Positions 25,755 through 39,008 of a stretch of DNA of 64,000 nt are shown piece by piece. The position numbers and the translations under genes were made by a program. The number at the start of each line of letters is the position of its first letter. Position 1 is the stretch's first letter. Below the pieces are notes generated by a model. That model had not been told where the DNA came from and ran no database searches. It worked only from the letters and a program-made list of their open reading frames with translations. The stretch is from Malacoraja senta. Lineage: Eukaryota. The stretch covers positions 11,162,001-11,226,000 of the forward strand of contig CM075994.1 in NCBI GenBank assembly GCA_038087875.1. The letters are read 5' to 3'.

Positions 25755-27137
25755 AGCACACACACACACACAGACCTCCCCAGCACCGAGTGCACCACAC
25801 TCACGTACACACACTCACTCATACACACATACACAGACCTCCCCAGCACCGAGTGCACCACACTCACGTACATACACTCACTCACACACACATACACAGA
25901 CCTCCCAAGCACCGAGTGCACCACACTCACTTACACATACTCACTCATACACACATACACAGACCTCCCCAGCACCGAGTGCACCACACTCACTTACACA
26001 CAGATACACAGACCTCCCCAGCACCGAGTACAGTACACTCACATACACACACTCCACCGGCTGGAGCCGTCAGCGATGGCTGCCTCACCAACGGTCTGTC
26101 TGTCTTTTTGTCTTTTTTGTTATTTTTAGTGTTTTAAAAGTATGTGTTAATGTTCTCTGGTTTTTTTTTTGTGGTGGGTGGGGGAGGGGATCAGAGGAAA
26201 CTTATTTCAATCTCTTACCTTGCCAGAGATACGATTGTTTTCCGGATCGTATGTCCGGTCGCTCTTCGGCCTAACATCATGGAGCTGGCGGCCTTGCTCG
26301 AGACTGACTTTGAGCCCCACCGCGGGGCCGTGCACTTACCATCGGAGCCTGCGATACCTTACCTGGTGTAATGATGTGACCCGAACACACATTAAGATAC
26401 AACACATATTTATTAAATCACTTACAGCATAGGATCAGCAATACGTTACAGCTCCGAGCTGCTATATCTACTAGCTAGTGTAGGCGAGCTCTTGATACTA
26501 TAAAGCACGTACTAGACGGAGCTACTACTAACACGCACTATGATTGGCTAGCATGCAATAGCCAATTTACACCTGGGTTCGATGCTCCAGCCGAGGCTTG
26601 CGGATTTCAACATCGAGAAGCTTGCAGCCTCGGGTGGAGACCGATGTCGGGAAGCTCCAAGCCGCAGAAGGATCGACTAGCCCCGACCCGGGATCTGATC
26701 GCCCGGCGCGGGGTAGCTGAGATGCGGGAGTTTGATCACCCCGATGCGGAGCCCGACCGCCGCCTACTGGAGCCAAGATCGTGGAAGAACAAAGAAGGGA
26801 AGAGATTGAACTTTTTTTTCGCTTTCCATCACAATGAGTAATGTGGGGGAGTCACTGTGGTGGATGTTTATGTTAAAATATATTTTCTGTGTATTGTTGC
26901 TTTTTATTGGTATGACTGTACGGCAAATCAAATTCCTCGTATGTTGCAAAACATACTTGGCTAATAAAGTGTGATTATGATTATGATACACACACACACA
27001 TAGAAACCACCCCAGCAACATGCACCACACTCACGTACACACACTCACACATACACACAGACCTCCCCAGCACCGAGTGCAACACACACACACACACACA
27101 CGCACGCACGCACGCACGCAGGCACGCACGCACGCAG

Positions 27138-27192
<55 letters not shown>

Positions 27193-27209
27193 CACACACA
27201 ACACACAGA

Positions 27210-27248
<39 letters not shown>

Positions 27249-27455
27249 CCCTGCCCAGCACCGAGTGCACCACACGCACGTACACACATTCACTCATACA
27301 TACACACACACAGAAACTTCCCCAGCACCGAATGCACCAGATGCACGTACACATATTCACTCACACACACAGAGAACCCTCCCCAGCGCCGAGTGCACGG
27401 CACACATGTACACACACACACAGATACCTCCCCAGCATCGAGTACACCACACTCG

Positions 27456-27514
<59 letters not shown>

Positions 27515-27540
27515 TCACACACACAGAAACCTCCCCAACA
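25755..27540. repeat. ~63-bp CA-rich minisatellite with (CA)n/(CACG)n tracts, split by an insertion at ~26055-26985
   Basis: acagacctccccagcaccgagtgcaccacactcac unit on both sides. The insert ends in (tgatta)n. Confidence 0.85.
26367..26571 (-). mobile_element. Solo LTR (205 bp) with 5-bp target-site duplication
   Basis: TGTAAT...TTTACA termini; cctgg at 26362-26366 and 26572-26576; aataaa on the minus strand. Confidence 0.75.
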
Positions 27541-27626
27541 CCGGTACTGCCAGTTAATCCCAAACGTCCGCCCCGGATCAACCAGAAGAGTAGCGGGAGC
27601 GGAAGGTCATCGAGAAGGAAACATAC

Positions 27627-27755
27627 CTGCACATAGATCCCAAAGTCCATCTGGTAGAGGATGAAGGCAATGAGGTTTCCACTGGTCATCTGCCCGTCGT
27701 TCACCAGCAGCTGCCCGCAGTACAGCATGACCACTTGCATCAGGAGCTGTGCTAG
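27627..27755 (-). CDS. TAP2: TAP2 exon (LAQLLMQVVMLYCGQLLVNDGQMTSGNLIAFILYQMDFGIYVQ)
   Basis: 129 nt, cacag acceptor, gtatgt donor, open frame. Confidence 0.92.
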
Positions 27756-27929
27756 CTGTGTAAACACAGGGGCAGGGAGAAGGCAGGGTCAGACACGCAA
27801 CACTGCCAACACACGGACAAAGGAGGGGCTAGCAGGAATGGCTCGTACAACACTTCACGTTCAGTCTGATCTGGAGTGGGATAGAGGATTGATGAGGGCA
27901 GGGCAGTGGGATTTGTCTAAATGGACTTT

Positions 27930-29470
27930 AGCACAACCTCTGGCTAGGTTCCACATGACAGGCTAGTCTGTGAGTTAGATCACGCGGGATCCAAGGACAC
28001 TGGTCAATTGGATTCAAAATTGCGTCAAAGCATAGTGGTGGAGGATTGTTTTCTGATTGGAGACGTGATCAGTGGAGTGCCGCAGGGGTCGGTGCTGGGC
28101 CCACTACTGTTATCTACGTTAATGATTTGTGAGTAAACGTGGAGATGACACCAACATTGTTGGTATACAGGACAGTGATGAAAGATATGTTCATTCACTA
28201 CAGCATCCAGATCAGTTGAGAAGGTGGGTCGGGTCAAGGAATGGCAAACATCATTTAAATTTGACTATTTGTAAAGGGTACAGAGAAGATTTATGAGGAT
28301 GTTGCCAGACCTCGAGGGTCTAAACTACAGTGAGAGGTTGAGCAGGTTGGGACTCTATTCTTGGAGAGCAGGAGGATGAGGGGTGATCTTAGAGACGTGT
28401 ATAAACTCATGAGAGGAATAGTTCGGGCAGATGCACAGAGTCTCTTGCCCAGAGTAGGTGAATGGAGGACCAGAGAACATAAGTTTAAAGTAAAGGGGAA
28501 AAGATTTAATAGGAATCTGAGGGGTACCTTTTTCACACAAAGGATGGTGGGTGTATGGAACGAGCTGCCAGCGGAGGTAGTTGAGGCAGAGACTATCCCA
28601 ACATTTAAGAAACACTTAAACAAGTACATGGAAAGGACAGTTTTGGAGGGATATGGGCCAAACGTGGGCAGGGGGAGTTAGAGTAGCTGGGACATGTTGG
28701 CCGGTGTGGGCAAGTTGGTCTGAAGGGCCTGTTTCCATGCTGCATCACTCTACGACAAGTGTGAGGTGTGGGGCTTTGGCATTTCAAACCGGGCAGGTCT
28801 TAGAGTAAATTGTAGAGCTCTGGGGAGTGTTGTAGAACAGAGAGAACAGGGAGTACAGGTGCACGGTACTAAAACGTGGTGAATCAGATGGACAATGTGG
28901 TGAAGACGGCATTTGGCACGGTTGTCTTCATTGGGAAGGATATTGAGGATAAAAGTTAGGATATCATGATGGAACAGGGCAAGTCATTAATGAGATCATA
29001 CTTGGAGTAACGTGTGCATTCTGATTACCCAGTTTGGGAAGGATGTCATTAAGTTGGAAAGAGTGCAGAAGATACTCATTAGGCTGTTACTTGACTTCTT
29101 CCCTACAGCCATCAGGCTATTAAACACTACAATTTCCTAAGCTATGAACTACAATAGACTATTATTACTATTTATATTATTATTATTATTGCACTGTTAT
29201 TGTTTGTTCTTTTTTTTCTGAGCTTTTGTTATATTATTATTATGATTACATATTCTGTTGTCTTGCAGCAAGTAAGACTTTCATTGTTCTATTTGGGACA
29301 TATTACAATAAATCACTCTTGACTTGAGTTATAGGGAGAGGTTGGATAGGCTGGGATTTTATTCTTTGAACTTTGGTGCCTGAGGAGTGAACTTATTGAG
29401 GTGTACAAGATCATGAGGGGTGGGAGTGGATAAAGTGAACATTTACCGTATGTTTCTCAGGGTAAATGAT
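27930..29470 (+). mobile_element. Nested CR1 fragments (younger copy 28275-28755 inside an older one)
   Basis: ORF 28361-28681 and degenerate RT motifs on either side. Confidence 0.8.
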
Positions 29471-29474
29471 TAAA

Positions 29475-30595
29475 CATAGAAACATAGAAACCTAGAAAAT
29501 AGGTGCAGGAGTAGGCCATTCGGTCCTTCGAGCCTGCACCACCATTCAATATGATCATGGCTGATCATCCAACTCAGTATCCTGTACCTGCCTTCACTCC
29601 ATACCCCCTGATCCCTTTAGCTACCAGGGCCACATCTTACTCCCTCTTAAATATAGCCAATGAACTGGCCTCAACTACCTTCTGTGGCAGATAATTCCAC
29701 AGATTCACCACTCTCTGTGTGAAAAATGTTTTTCTCATCTCGGTCCTAAAAGACATTCCCCTTATCCTTAAACTGTGATCCCCAGTTCTGGACTTTCCCA
29801 AGATCGGGAACAATCTTCCTGCATCTAGCCTGTCCAACCCCTTAAGAATTTTGGAAGTTTCTATAAGATCCCCCCTCAATCTTCTAAATTCTAGCGAGTA
29901 CAAGCCGAGTCTATCCAGTCTTTCTTCATATGAAAGTCCTGCCATCCCAGGAATCAGTCTGGTGAACATTCTCTGTGCACCCTCTATGGCAAGAATGTCT
30001 TTCCTCAGATTAGGAGACCAAAACTGTACGCAATACTCCAGGTGTGGTCTCCCCAAGACCCTGTACAACTGCAGTAGAACCTTCCTTCTCTTATACTCAA
30101 ATTCTTTTGCTATGAATGCTAACATACCATTCGCTTTCTTCACTGCCTGCTGCACCTGCATGCCTACTTTCAATGACTGGTGTACCATGACATCCAGGTC
30201 TCGTTGTATCTGCCACCATTCAGATAATAGTCTACTTTCCTGTTTTTGCCACCAAAGTGGATAACCACACATTTATCCACATTATACTGCATCTGCCATG
30301 CATTTGCCCACTCACCCAACCTATCCAAGTCACCTTGCAGCCTCCTAGCATCCTCCTCACAGCTAACACTGCCCCCCAGCTTCGTGTCATCCTCAAACTT
30401 GGAGATGTTGCATTCAATTCCCTCATCCAGATCATTAATATATATTGTAAATAGCTGGGGTCCCAGCACTGAGCCTTGCGGTACCCCACTAGTCACTGCC
30501 TGCCATTCTGAAAAGGATCCGTTTACTCCTACTCTTTGCTTCCTGTCAGCCAGCCAGTTCTCTATCCACATCAATACTGAACCCCCCAATACCGT
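29475..30595 (-). mobile_element. CR1 LINE 3' half
   Basis: ORFs 30170-30589 and 29637-30272; (catagaaa)n tail. Confidence 0.95.
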
Positions 30596-32202
30596 GATTC
30601 CAAAAGTAGAGGGTATGGACTTAAAATGAGAGGGAAAATATTAAGAGAGAACACTCAGAGAATAGTATGTATCTGGAATGAGCTGCCAGGGGAAACAATT
30701 ATGATTTTCAAAATTATGACTTTCCTTTTGACCCCGTTTATATTTCGCACTGCCTTGGAATAATCAAGGATCAGTCTCACGCTGGTCACTCCCTCTTCTC
30801 CCCTCTCCCATCAGGTAAGAGGTGCAGAAGTTTGAGAACACACACCTGCAGATTCAGGGACAGTTTCTTCCCAGCTGTTCTCAAGCAATTGATCCATCCT
30901 CTCATCAGCTCGAGTGCGATCTTGGCCTCCAATCTACCCCATTTGAGACCTTTGGGCTATCTTTAACCGGATTTCAATGTTATATCTTTGCACTAAATGT
31001 TATATTCTATTTATCTATCTATACATATCTAAAACTGTGATTTTGTGCTCTTTTGGTTTGCACAGTTTTTCTATTTGCGCAAAAACGGTATGCGATAGCG
31101 GTACGATTTTTGGTCAGCTCACTCGCCGTTCTCTTGTGCTGCGAGTGCAACAAGTTTCATTCAGACCGGTAGTATATTGTAAAAGTTAGCGAGGTTCAAA
31201 AATCGTAAAAACCGTGCGTGCGAAGATCGATTTCCTCTCCTGCCAATCAGCGCCGCGTGGATTGGTCTCTTCTCCTGTCACTCCCCGGGACGGTCCGCCC
31301 CTTCCTGCGCAATCCTGTCTTTAATGGAGCTGAGGGACGCTGCGGGTGCCGACGGATGTCTCCAACCGGACACAATTTTCGGAAGGACCAGAAGCTGCCA
31401 AGCCCGGCACCGGAGATGTCGCCAAATGGAAAGCAGAGAGACTGATCCCGGCACAGGAGAGTATCCACTGTGAGTCCCAAACGCACCGCCATCACAAGGT
31501 CCCGCAGCTCCAGCCCCTTTCCCTCTTGTCCCCTCGCTGGCTCCTGTCCCACTCCTCCATGATACCCGCACTCTCCCCCATGGCTCTTCCCCGTCTTTTC
31601 TCCGAGCTCTCCCCCCACTCCACAAAACCCCACCCCTCCTCCCACATGCCGGCGTGGCCGTAGCTGTTGGTACTTCCTGGCCGAGCCGAGGATCCGAGGC
31701 CTGGCTCTAAGGGCGGCAACGGCTGATGCTCCACCGGGGCATACAAGGAGAATTAGGAGGTAGATGCACCAAATGCAGGCAAATGGGATTAGCCCGGAAT
31801 GCGAACTGAGTTGGCATGAACGAGGTGGGTTGAAAGGCCTGTTTTACTAATGCTGTACGGCTGTATAACTTTAGTTTAATATTTAGTTTAATAGTAGTTT
31901 AATATACAATTATATATTCACCTTGTATCTGAAACAGACAGATTCCATAAAGTATTGGTCTCTTAAACTATCCTGAATAAATTTAAATCTACTTTTGCCA
32001 AGTTGAATGATCTATTCTACATAGTGATTACGTCACCTTCAAAAAAGACACAAAGAGCTGGAGTAACTCAGCGGGTCAGATAGCTTCTCTGGAGAACTTC
32101 CCTGGTAATGTTTCCGGGCTGGGACCCTCCCACAGTGGAAAGTAGGGCCCTGATCTGAAATGTTATGCCTTATCCTCATAACTCCTGACACCCGTACTAT
32201 TA

Positions 32203-32500
32203 GGGCATCACGGTGGTGCAGCGCTTGCAGCGCCAGAGACCCGGGTTCAAACCTGACTATGGGTGCTGTCTGTACGGAGTTTGTACGTTCTCCCTGTTAC
32301 CGTGTGTGTTTTCTCCGAGATCTTCGGTTTCATCCCACACTCAAATACGTACAGGTATGTAGTTTAATTGGCTTGGTGTACGTGTAAATTGTCCCTTGTG
32401 TCTGTAGGATAGTGTTAATGTGCGGGGTGATTGCTGGGCAGCGAAGAGTCGGTGGGCCAAATGGCGTGTTTCCGCGCTGTATCTCTAAACTAAACCAAAC
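32203..32500 (+). mobile_element. tRNA-derived SINE (HE1-like); further copies at 33357-33655(+), 34050-34185(+), 35850-36075(-), 44540-44812(-)
   Basis: Shared head, core and tail sequence. Confidence 0.8.
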
Positions 32501-32991
32501 AAGAATCTATCTCTGCTATCGATTTTGCCTCCACAGCCTTCTGTGGCAACAGGTGTATCCACACAGTGCAGTTGGAATTGGCTAAGGGGAGCAGATTTGA
32601 GTGCTAGGATATCAGTGGTAGGGACGAGTGATCAAGGGAGCGAGAGGGAGGGGGAAGGGGGAGGGAGAGGAGAGAGAAGGAAATGAGAGAGAGAATAGGG
32701 GAGTGGGAGGGAAGGGGAGGGAGGGATGGGGTGAGGGAGGGAAGGGGAGAGGGACGGTGAGGGTGAAGGAGTGAGGATGAGGTAAAGGAGGAGGGAGGGA
32801 AGGAAGGAGGAAAATAGGGAAGGTAGGGCTAAAGAGAGGGAGGGAAAGAGGGAGGGAATGTAAGGAAGTGAGGAGAGAGAAAGATGGGGACAAATGCTGG
32901 TGAGAAAGAGAGATAGAATGGAAAAGAAAGCAAGAGAAGGAAAGAGAAAGACCAAGAGAGAGATGAAAGTGGGAGAGCTCTTTGCACCTAC

Positions 32992-33172
32992 CCTGTGACA
33001 CAGGACGTAGACGGCTCTGACCAGGTCACGTTTATTCTTCAGCTGGTGCGTTTCCTGCAGCTTCTTCTCAAACAGTTCTGACTCCAGGTCCTCGGCCGCG
33101 AAGCTCCTGACAGTTTTTATGGAGGAAACGACCTCACCTGGCGATCGAATCCTGAACTTGCAGCACCAGCCT
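32992..33172 (-). CDS. TAP2: TAP2 exon (RLVLQVQDSIA / GEVVSSIKTVRSFAAED...RDLVRAVYVLCHR) with a 17-nt frameshifting deletion
   Basis: Acceptor ttggacag, donor gtaggt. 181 nt vs expected 198. The 5' frame runs into TGA after DSIAR; the 3' part is in another frame. Confidence 0.88.
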
Positions 33173-35432
33173 CTGTCCAAAACAAAAGCCATCCTCAGTT
33201 CCAGTAGCATCCCAGGGAGGAACCAGTTTACAATGGGGGAGTTGGGTGCAGCCTCACAGGTGGACAGGGTGGTGAAGAAGGCTTTTCACATGCTGCTCTT
33301 CATCAGTCAGGGTATTGAATATAGAAGTTGGGACGTTATGTTACAGTTGTACTTGAGGGCACGGTGGTGCAGTGGCAGAGTTGCTGCCTTACAGCATTTC
33401 CAGGACCCGGTTTCCATCCTGGCTACGGGTGCTTGTCTGTACAGAGTTTGTACGTTCTTCCCATGACCGCATGGGTTTTCTCTGACAACTTTGGTTGCCT
33501 CCTACACTCCAAAGGTGTAGAGGTTTGAAAGCTAATTGACTTTGGTGTACATGTAAAATTGTCCTCAGTGTAGGATATGCAGAGATCACTGGTCAGTGTC
33601 GACTCAGTGGCCCGAAAGTCCTGTTTCCATGCTGTATCTCTAAACTAAAACTAAACGTTGGTGAGTCCACATTTGGGGTATTGTGTTCGTTTTGGTCACC
33701 CTTCTTTATTCCTTGGATTGCAAGAAGGCCAGGGTGACCTTATAGTGGGGTATAAAATCATGAGGGGAATTGCTAAGGTAAGGTAATAGACAAGATTAGT
33801 CTTTTACCTATTGGGTAGGAGAATCAAGAACTCGAGAGCATAGTTTTAAGGTGAGAAGGGAAAGATATAAAAGGACCTTGAGTGGCGAAACGTTTTCATT
33901 CAGTGGGGTGGTGACTACATGGAATGAGGTGCCAGAGGAGGTAATTGAGACAGATACTAACAGCATTTAAAAGACACGTGGCCATTTAAATGGGATAGGA
34001 AAGGTTTCGAGGGATGTGGCTTAAATTCAGGTAAATGGGACTGGTACAATGGGCGGCAGTGGAGCTGCTGCCTTACAGCGCTACAGACCCGGGTTCGATA
34101 CTGACTACGGGTGCAGTCTGTTTTTGTGTTCTCCCATGTCCTGCGTGGGTTTTCTCCGTGATCTCTGGGTTCTTCCCACACTCCGGATAGGGGGAATGGG
34201 TGACGTTTGGGGTCGACACCCTTCTTCAGGCTGATGTCAGGGGAGTGGGCGGGACAAAGATAGAATGTAGTCAGAGACAGTAGGACAGGTGGGAGAATTG
34301 GGAAGAGAATGGTATGGAGAGAGAGGGAAAGCAAGGGTTATTTGAAGTATTACAAAGGGGGAGGTCAGGGAGGATGGTGAACACACGGCCAAGGTGGGAG
34401 TCGTGGAGACTCGGGTAAGACGACGGCTGCGGCCTGCTAGTGGGCGGTGGAGTGGCGACGGTCGCAGAGTCACTGGTGGAGCCCCGCGGGGGAAACGTTT
34501 CCCCTATCCAGTCCCCCCCCCCCCCGCAGGCCTCCACCAGCGACTCTGCCGAAACTTGTCATTCCACCACCCACCAGCGGGCAGCACCCTTCGCCTTACC
34601 CGAATCCCAGGCTCAGCATGGAGCCCACAATCTTCACAATGTAGACTCCCACACCACGGGGTCTGACTGTGCTTGGTCCTACTGCTTCCCCCCCCCCCCA
34701 CCTCCTGCAGGGAACGTCAGTGCGGGTCCCACTGGTTCTTCCCCTTTTACACAGGTGCCCCCACCTACTCCCCACCCATACTATAGTCCTCCTGCCCCCT
34801 CCTCTCTGAACACCCACCATTCCCCCACCAGACATCGCCTCAGCCTCCATCCACTCACCTGCCATCCTCCGACCTCAACCCCCCACCCTTGCCGTGTGTT
34901 CACCATCCCCCCTGACCTCCCCCTTTGTGATATTTCAAATAGCCCTTCCCAGTTCTCCCACTAGTCTTACTGTTCCTGACTACATTCTCTCTCTGGCCCA
35001 CCCCTTCCCCTGACATCAGCCTGAAGAAGGGTCCCGACCCGGAACATCACCCATTCCTTCTATCCAGAGATGCTGCCCGACCCGCTGAGTTGCTCCAGCG
35101 TTTAAAATGATTTTGTTTCTACAGGTTTGTAGGTTAATTGGCTTCGGAAAATTTGTAAATTGTCCCTAGTGTGTGTAGATTAATGCCAATGTGCGGGGAT
35201 CACTGTTCAGCAAGGACTCGGTGGGCTGAAGAGGTTGTTTCCGTGCTGTATCTTTAAACTAAACTGAGATGGTGAATCAGGTTTAGCATGGACATTGGGC
35301 CAAAAGGCCTGTTTTTGTGCTGTGTGCCTATGTGACTTTGTACATGATAAATAGGTTTTGATTCCAGGAGCTGCAGCTGTTTGTGGTTTCTTTCCGACGG
35401 TGACGTGTGGTCTGTGGTGGCTGTGTACTTAC

Positions 35433-35639
35433 CATATGATATCGGTTTGTACAACTTCTGAATCAGTATGGTGAGGGGAGATTCGATGAAGATCAGGAGG
35501 GAGAGCTTCCAGGAGAGGCTGAACATAAAGGAAATGATTCCCAGCGTGTTCACCAGATTGCGCAGCAAGATGTTGGCATTGAGTGCAAGCGAGCGGCTCA
35601 TGAGTGTGGTGTCCGTGGAGAGGCGGCTGGTCATGTCCC
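35433..35639 (-). CDS. TAP2: TAP2 transmembrane-domain exon (GDMTSRLSTDTTLMSRSLALNANILLRN...QKLY), one extra base near the 3' end
   Basis: Acceptor tgtccgcag, donor gtaagt. 207 nt; removing one A from TACAAACCG gives QKLYNRYHM ending in phase 0. Confidence 0.9.
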
Positions 35640-36480
35640 CTGCGGACAGAACACACAGCTGATAATGAGGACCGTCGTGTGTGAGCAGTCCACTCACTGT
35701 GTTCACCACCTACAATGCATGATAGCTCACAGCAGTGTACAACAAAATCAATTCATGTGCGGCATTTGAAGCAAATGGATACATCATGGAAACAAGGCCC
35801 TTCAGCTCATCCAGTCCACGCCGACTATTGATGACCCATAGTTCTATGTTATCCCACTTTCACATCCACTCCCTACATACTAGGGTAATTTACAGAGAAC
35901 TAATTAACCTATAAACCCACACGTCTTTAGGATGCGGGAGGAAACCAGAGCACCCAGAGGAAACCATGTGGTCACTACGAGAACGTGCAAACTCCACTCA
36001 GACAGTGCCCGAGGCAGGATCGAACCCCGGGTCTCTGGCGCTGTGACAAGTCTTCCTGCTAAGTCACTGTGCCACCCAGTGTTGCTAATGTTATGGAGTC
36101 TGTGTGCTCATGTTGCATAGACCGGCCCACAGGGATGCTTGAACCAACTTGGGATTGATTTCTTCGGAGTGTCGGAAACTGAGGGGAGACACGGTGGCAC
36201 AGCGGTAGTGTTGCTGCCTTACAGCGCTTGCAGCACCAGAGACCTGGGTTCGATCCTGACTCCGGGTGCTGTCTGTTCGGAGTTTGAACGTTCTTCCAGT
36301 GACCACGTGGGTTTTATCTGAGAGAGTCGATTTCCTCCCACACTCCAAAGACGTACAGGGTTGTAGGTTAATTGGCTTGGGTTTATATATATTGGTATAA
36401 GTGTAAATTGTCCCTAGTGTGTGTAGGATAGTGTTAAACTGTGGGGATCGCTGGACGGCGCGGACTCGGTGGACCAAAGG

Positions 36481-38179
36481 CAGGGCAGGATTTAGATGAA
36501 GAGAGGCCCTAGGCTATTGCACTTGTGAGGCCCCTCCCAATCCCCCACCCGCACGACGAGAGGAAGATGGAAGAGTTTGACAACGATGTGCAGCCTAGCG
36601 TGGCCGATGAGATAAGGACTGGAAAGCTGCACTGTATAATTATTTATTTATTGCCAGTGCTAGTGTCGAGTTATCGGCTTAAAACACTATTATTCTGAAA
36701 TGGAGGGCAAGGGAAATTACTGAAGTGTTGTTTAGAGACTACAGTGCCGTTGTGACAGATATGTAAGAAAGGCCTATGACAGTGTCAAAAATATTATACA
36801 CCAGGCCCGAACGAAGCTTTCAAAAAAGGGGGTGGCATGGCAGGATTACTAAAGTTTTATTTGAAATAAGTGCACGCAGCGCATATCACAAGTCCGAATC
36901 TCAAAGACCCTTGCGGCCGGGGTCGAGGGCCCGCTTAAGGGCCCTGGAAGCTCTGGGGTTTTAGATGCCCTCTGGTGCATTCTGAGCCGTATTTTCGAGC
37001 ATTTTTGCACCAAATCTATGACAATATTTCAGAAATAAGTTTGGTTGAGTCAAGAGTAAAGAGTGGTTGGAATGGAATGATTGGGGTCATTGTTGTATAC
37101 ATTTTTTAAATCAAAAATTGAAGCTGTCCTTGTTTTAATAATCAAGTTGTACTGTAAAATGTTATGTAAAATGTTATAAAGGAGCATGCAAACACTGCAA
37201 ATAAAATACTGTAAGTTTTTGCAGTATATAAATCCTTTTTTAGAAAATGTTTTGTGTGTTGATTTGATTGCCTGTTACTGTTCGACTGTATTAGTATGTG
37301 CACATTAAAAATATGATGCAAAATGAGTCGCAAACTATGGAATTCATATTTTTCAGTATTGTTATCGAAAAGAAAGCTGTCCCAATTGTTTGATATTATT
37401 CATTTGGAGGAGATAATATAATTGCTCTAAAACCTACCTTCATTTTGCAATCTCACTAAAGATAATCACCCTTTCCTCTCCCCCTCCTCCTTCCCCTTCC
37501 CTCCCTCCACCTCTCTATCTCTCTCTCCCTCCCCATCTCTCTCTCTCCTCCTCCCACTTCCCCCCTCTCTCTCTCTACCTCCCCCTCTCTCTTCCCCCCT
37601 CCCCTCCCTCTCTCTCCCCCTCTGTCTCAACCCCCCCTTTTCCCCCTCTCACACACCCCTCTCTCTCCCCCCTCCCCTCTCTCTCTTTCCCCCTGCCCTC
37701 CCTCTCACCCCCCCCCTGTCTCAACCCCCCTTTCCTCCTCTCACATTCCCCCTCTTTCCCCCCTCCCTCCCCCTATCTCCTCCACGCAGCGAGGCTCCGA
37801 ATCCGCGCCGCAGACACCGCAACTCGCCCCCCCCCCCCCGGCCCGGAGAAACGGGCACTCCCGTCACGCAATATTCCACTACTTACCCAGTGTAGACACG
37901 AGGTATCGAGGTGATTGTGTGGAGTGCAAATGGAGATCTGAACCCGCCCGGGCCCACTGCGCACGTGCGGAGAGACAGCTTCCATTTGCGTTGGTCTGCG
38001 TCACCGGCTTCCCCCAACTGCGCAGGCGCGGATGCTCGCAATTTTGCCCCCCAAACTTCCCGCGGGCCGGAACCAGAATTTCAGCCTATGAAGCCTATAG
38101 GTAAATCAGGGCCCTGCCGAGGCCCCTGCTAGATCCCGAGGCCCGAAGCTTGTGAAGCTTATACGTTAATCTGGCCCCG
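36481..38179. mobile_element. Non-autonomous hAT-type DNA transposon inserted into a SINE
   Basis: 8-bp TSD accaaagg at 36473-36480 and 38180-38187. Imperfect TIRs CAGGGCAGGATTTA / (rc) CGGGGCCAGATTAA. The SINE from 36185 resumes after 38187. Confidence 0.85.
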
Positions 38180-38338
38180 ACCAAAGGGCATGTATCCGCG
38201 CTGTAACTCTCATAAAAGAAATCCGGATATGTTTCTAAAATTATGTGCGGTAGACAATCAGAACCCTTTCCCCAGAGTGGAAACGTCAAGGTCTAGAAGG
38301 CACAGCTTAAATCTGAGAGTGTTAACGTTTAAAGGAGA

Positions 38339-38570
38339 CTAGACCAAGTGCAGACCCGTTGGGTCTGTTCCCCCAATGTGCGGTAGCGGGGGGCTGGGGG
38401 GGGGCGGCATGCGGCATCACACACACTAACTACCCACACACCCCCACCCCCGCACATGCTAACTACCCCCCTTGATATTATATGAATATTATTAATTTGC
38501 TCCTTTTACACCATAACCCGCCCCTATCCACTGACGCATAGCCCCCAACTCGCAGGCGCGTCTAGAGAGG
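38339..38570 (-). mobile_element. Helitron-like 3' end
   Basis: Minus strand reads hairpin cagacccaacgggtctg, short spacer, then CTAG followed by T. Confidence 0.55.
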
Positions 38571-38945
38571 TTGGGGGGGGGGGTAGAGTGTGAGGGCAGA
38601 GAGAGAATGGTGTGAGACAGAGAAAAAAAGGCAGAGACCGAAGGGCAAGAGACAGAGGGAGAGGGGGTGGAGGGGAGGAGGAGAGGGAGGATGGGTGATG
38701 GGGGGGTGGGGGAGGAGGGATGAGAGAGATGGGAGGAGTAAGAGAGAGGGGTGGAGAGAGAGGGTGGAGAGAGGGGGGATGAGAGAGGGGGAAGCGACAG
38801 GGGCAGAGGGGGAGGGGGGGAGGGGTGGAAGGGGATGGGGTGGAGGGAGGGGTGGAGGGGATGGGGAAGGGGGAAGAGACGGAGGGGTAGAGAGAGGGGG
38901 AGAGAGAGAGAGACGGGAGAGAGAAAGAGGGAGAGAGAGAGAGAG

Positions 38946-38985
<40 letters not shown>

Positions 38986-39008
38986 AGAGAGAGAGAGAGA
39001 TGGGGAGA

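Larger units (their letters stand above)
17842..35639 (-). pseudogene. TAP2: TAP2 (ABCB3) antigen peptide transporter, 8 recoverable 3' exons; frame-disrupted (pseudogene or consensus errors), 5' exons absent
   Basis: Exons 35433-35639, 32992-33172, 27627-27755, 25520-25708, 21563-21736, 20567-20725, 19316-19452, 17842-18060 are AG/GT-bounded. Sizes 207/181/129/189/174/159/137/219 vs the TAP pattern as recalled (206/198/129/189/174/160/137). Diagnostic residues: degenerate signature ISAGQ, Walker [10 protein letters not shown] with catalytic E, H-loop AHRL, SRLSTDTTLMS..LNANILLR, VGAAEKVF. Confidence 0.88.

Noticed and set aside
31015..31745. Possible Helitron-like or CpG-island element in a TAP2 intron
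   Set aside because: It has a TC-type start and CpG-rich body, but no convincing 3' hairpin/CTAG or TSD was found, so it was left unclassified.
17842..35639. Calling the main gene TAP1 or ABCB9
   Set aside because: The xAGQ signature, catalytic Glu, H-loop His and the LNANILLR and VGAAEKVF segments fit TAP2. A distinct TAP1-type exon exists separately at 48.6 and 51.6 kb. Phylogeny would be decisive.
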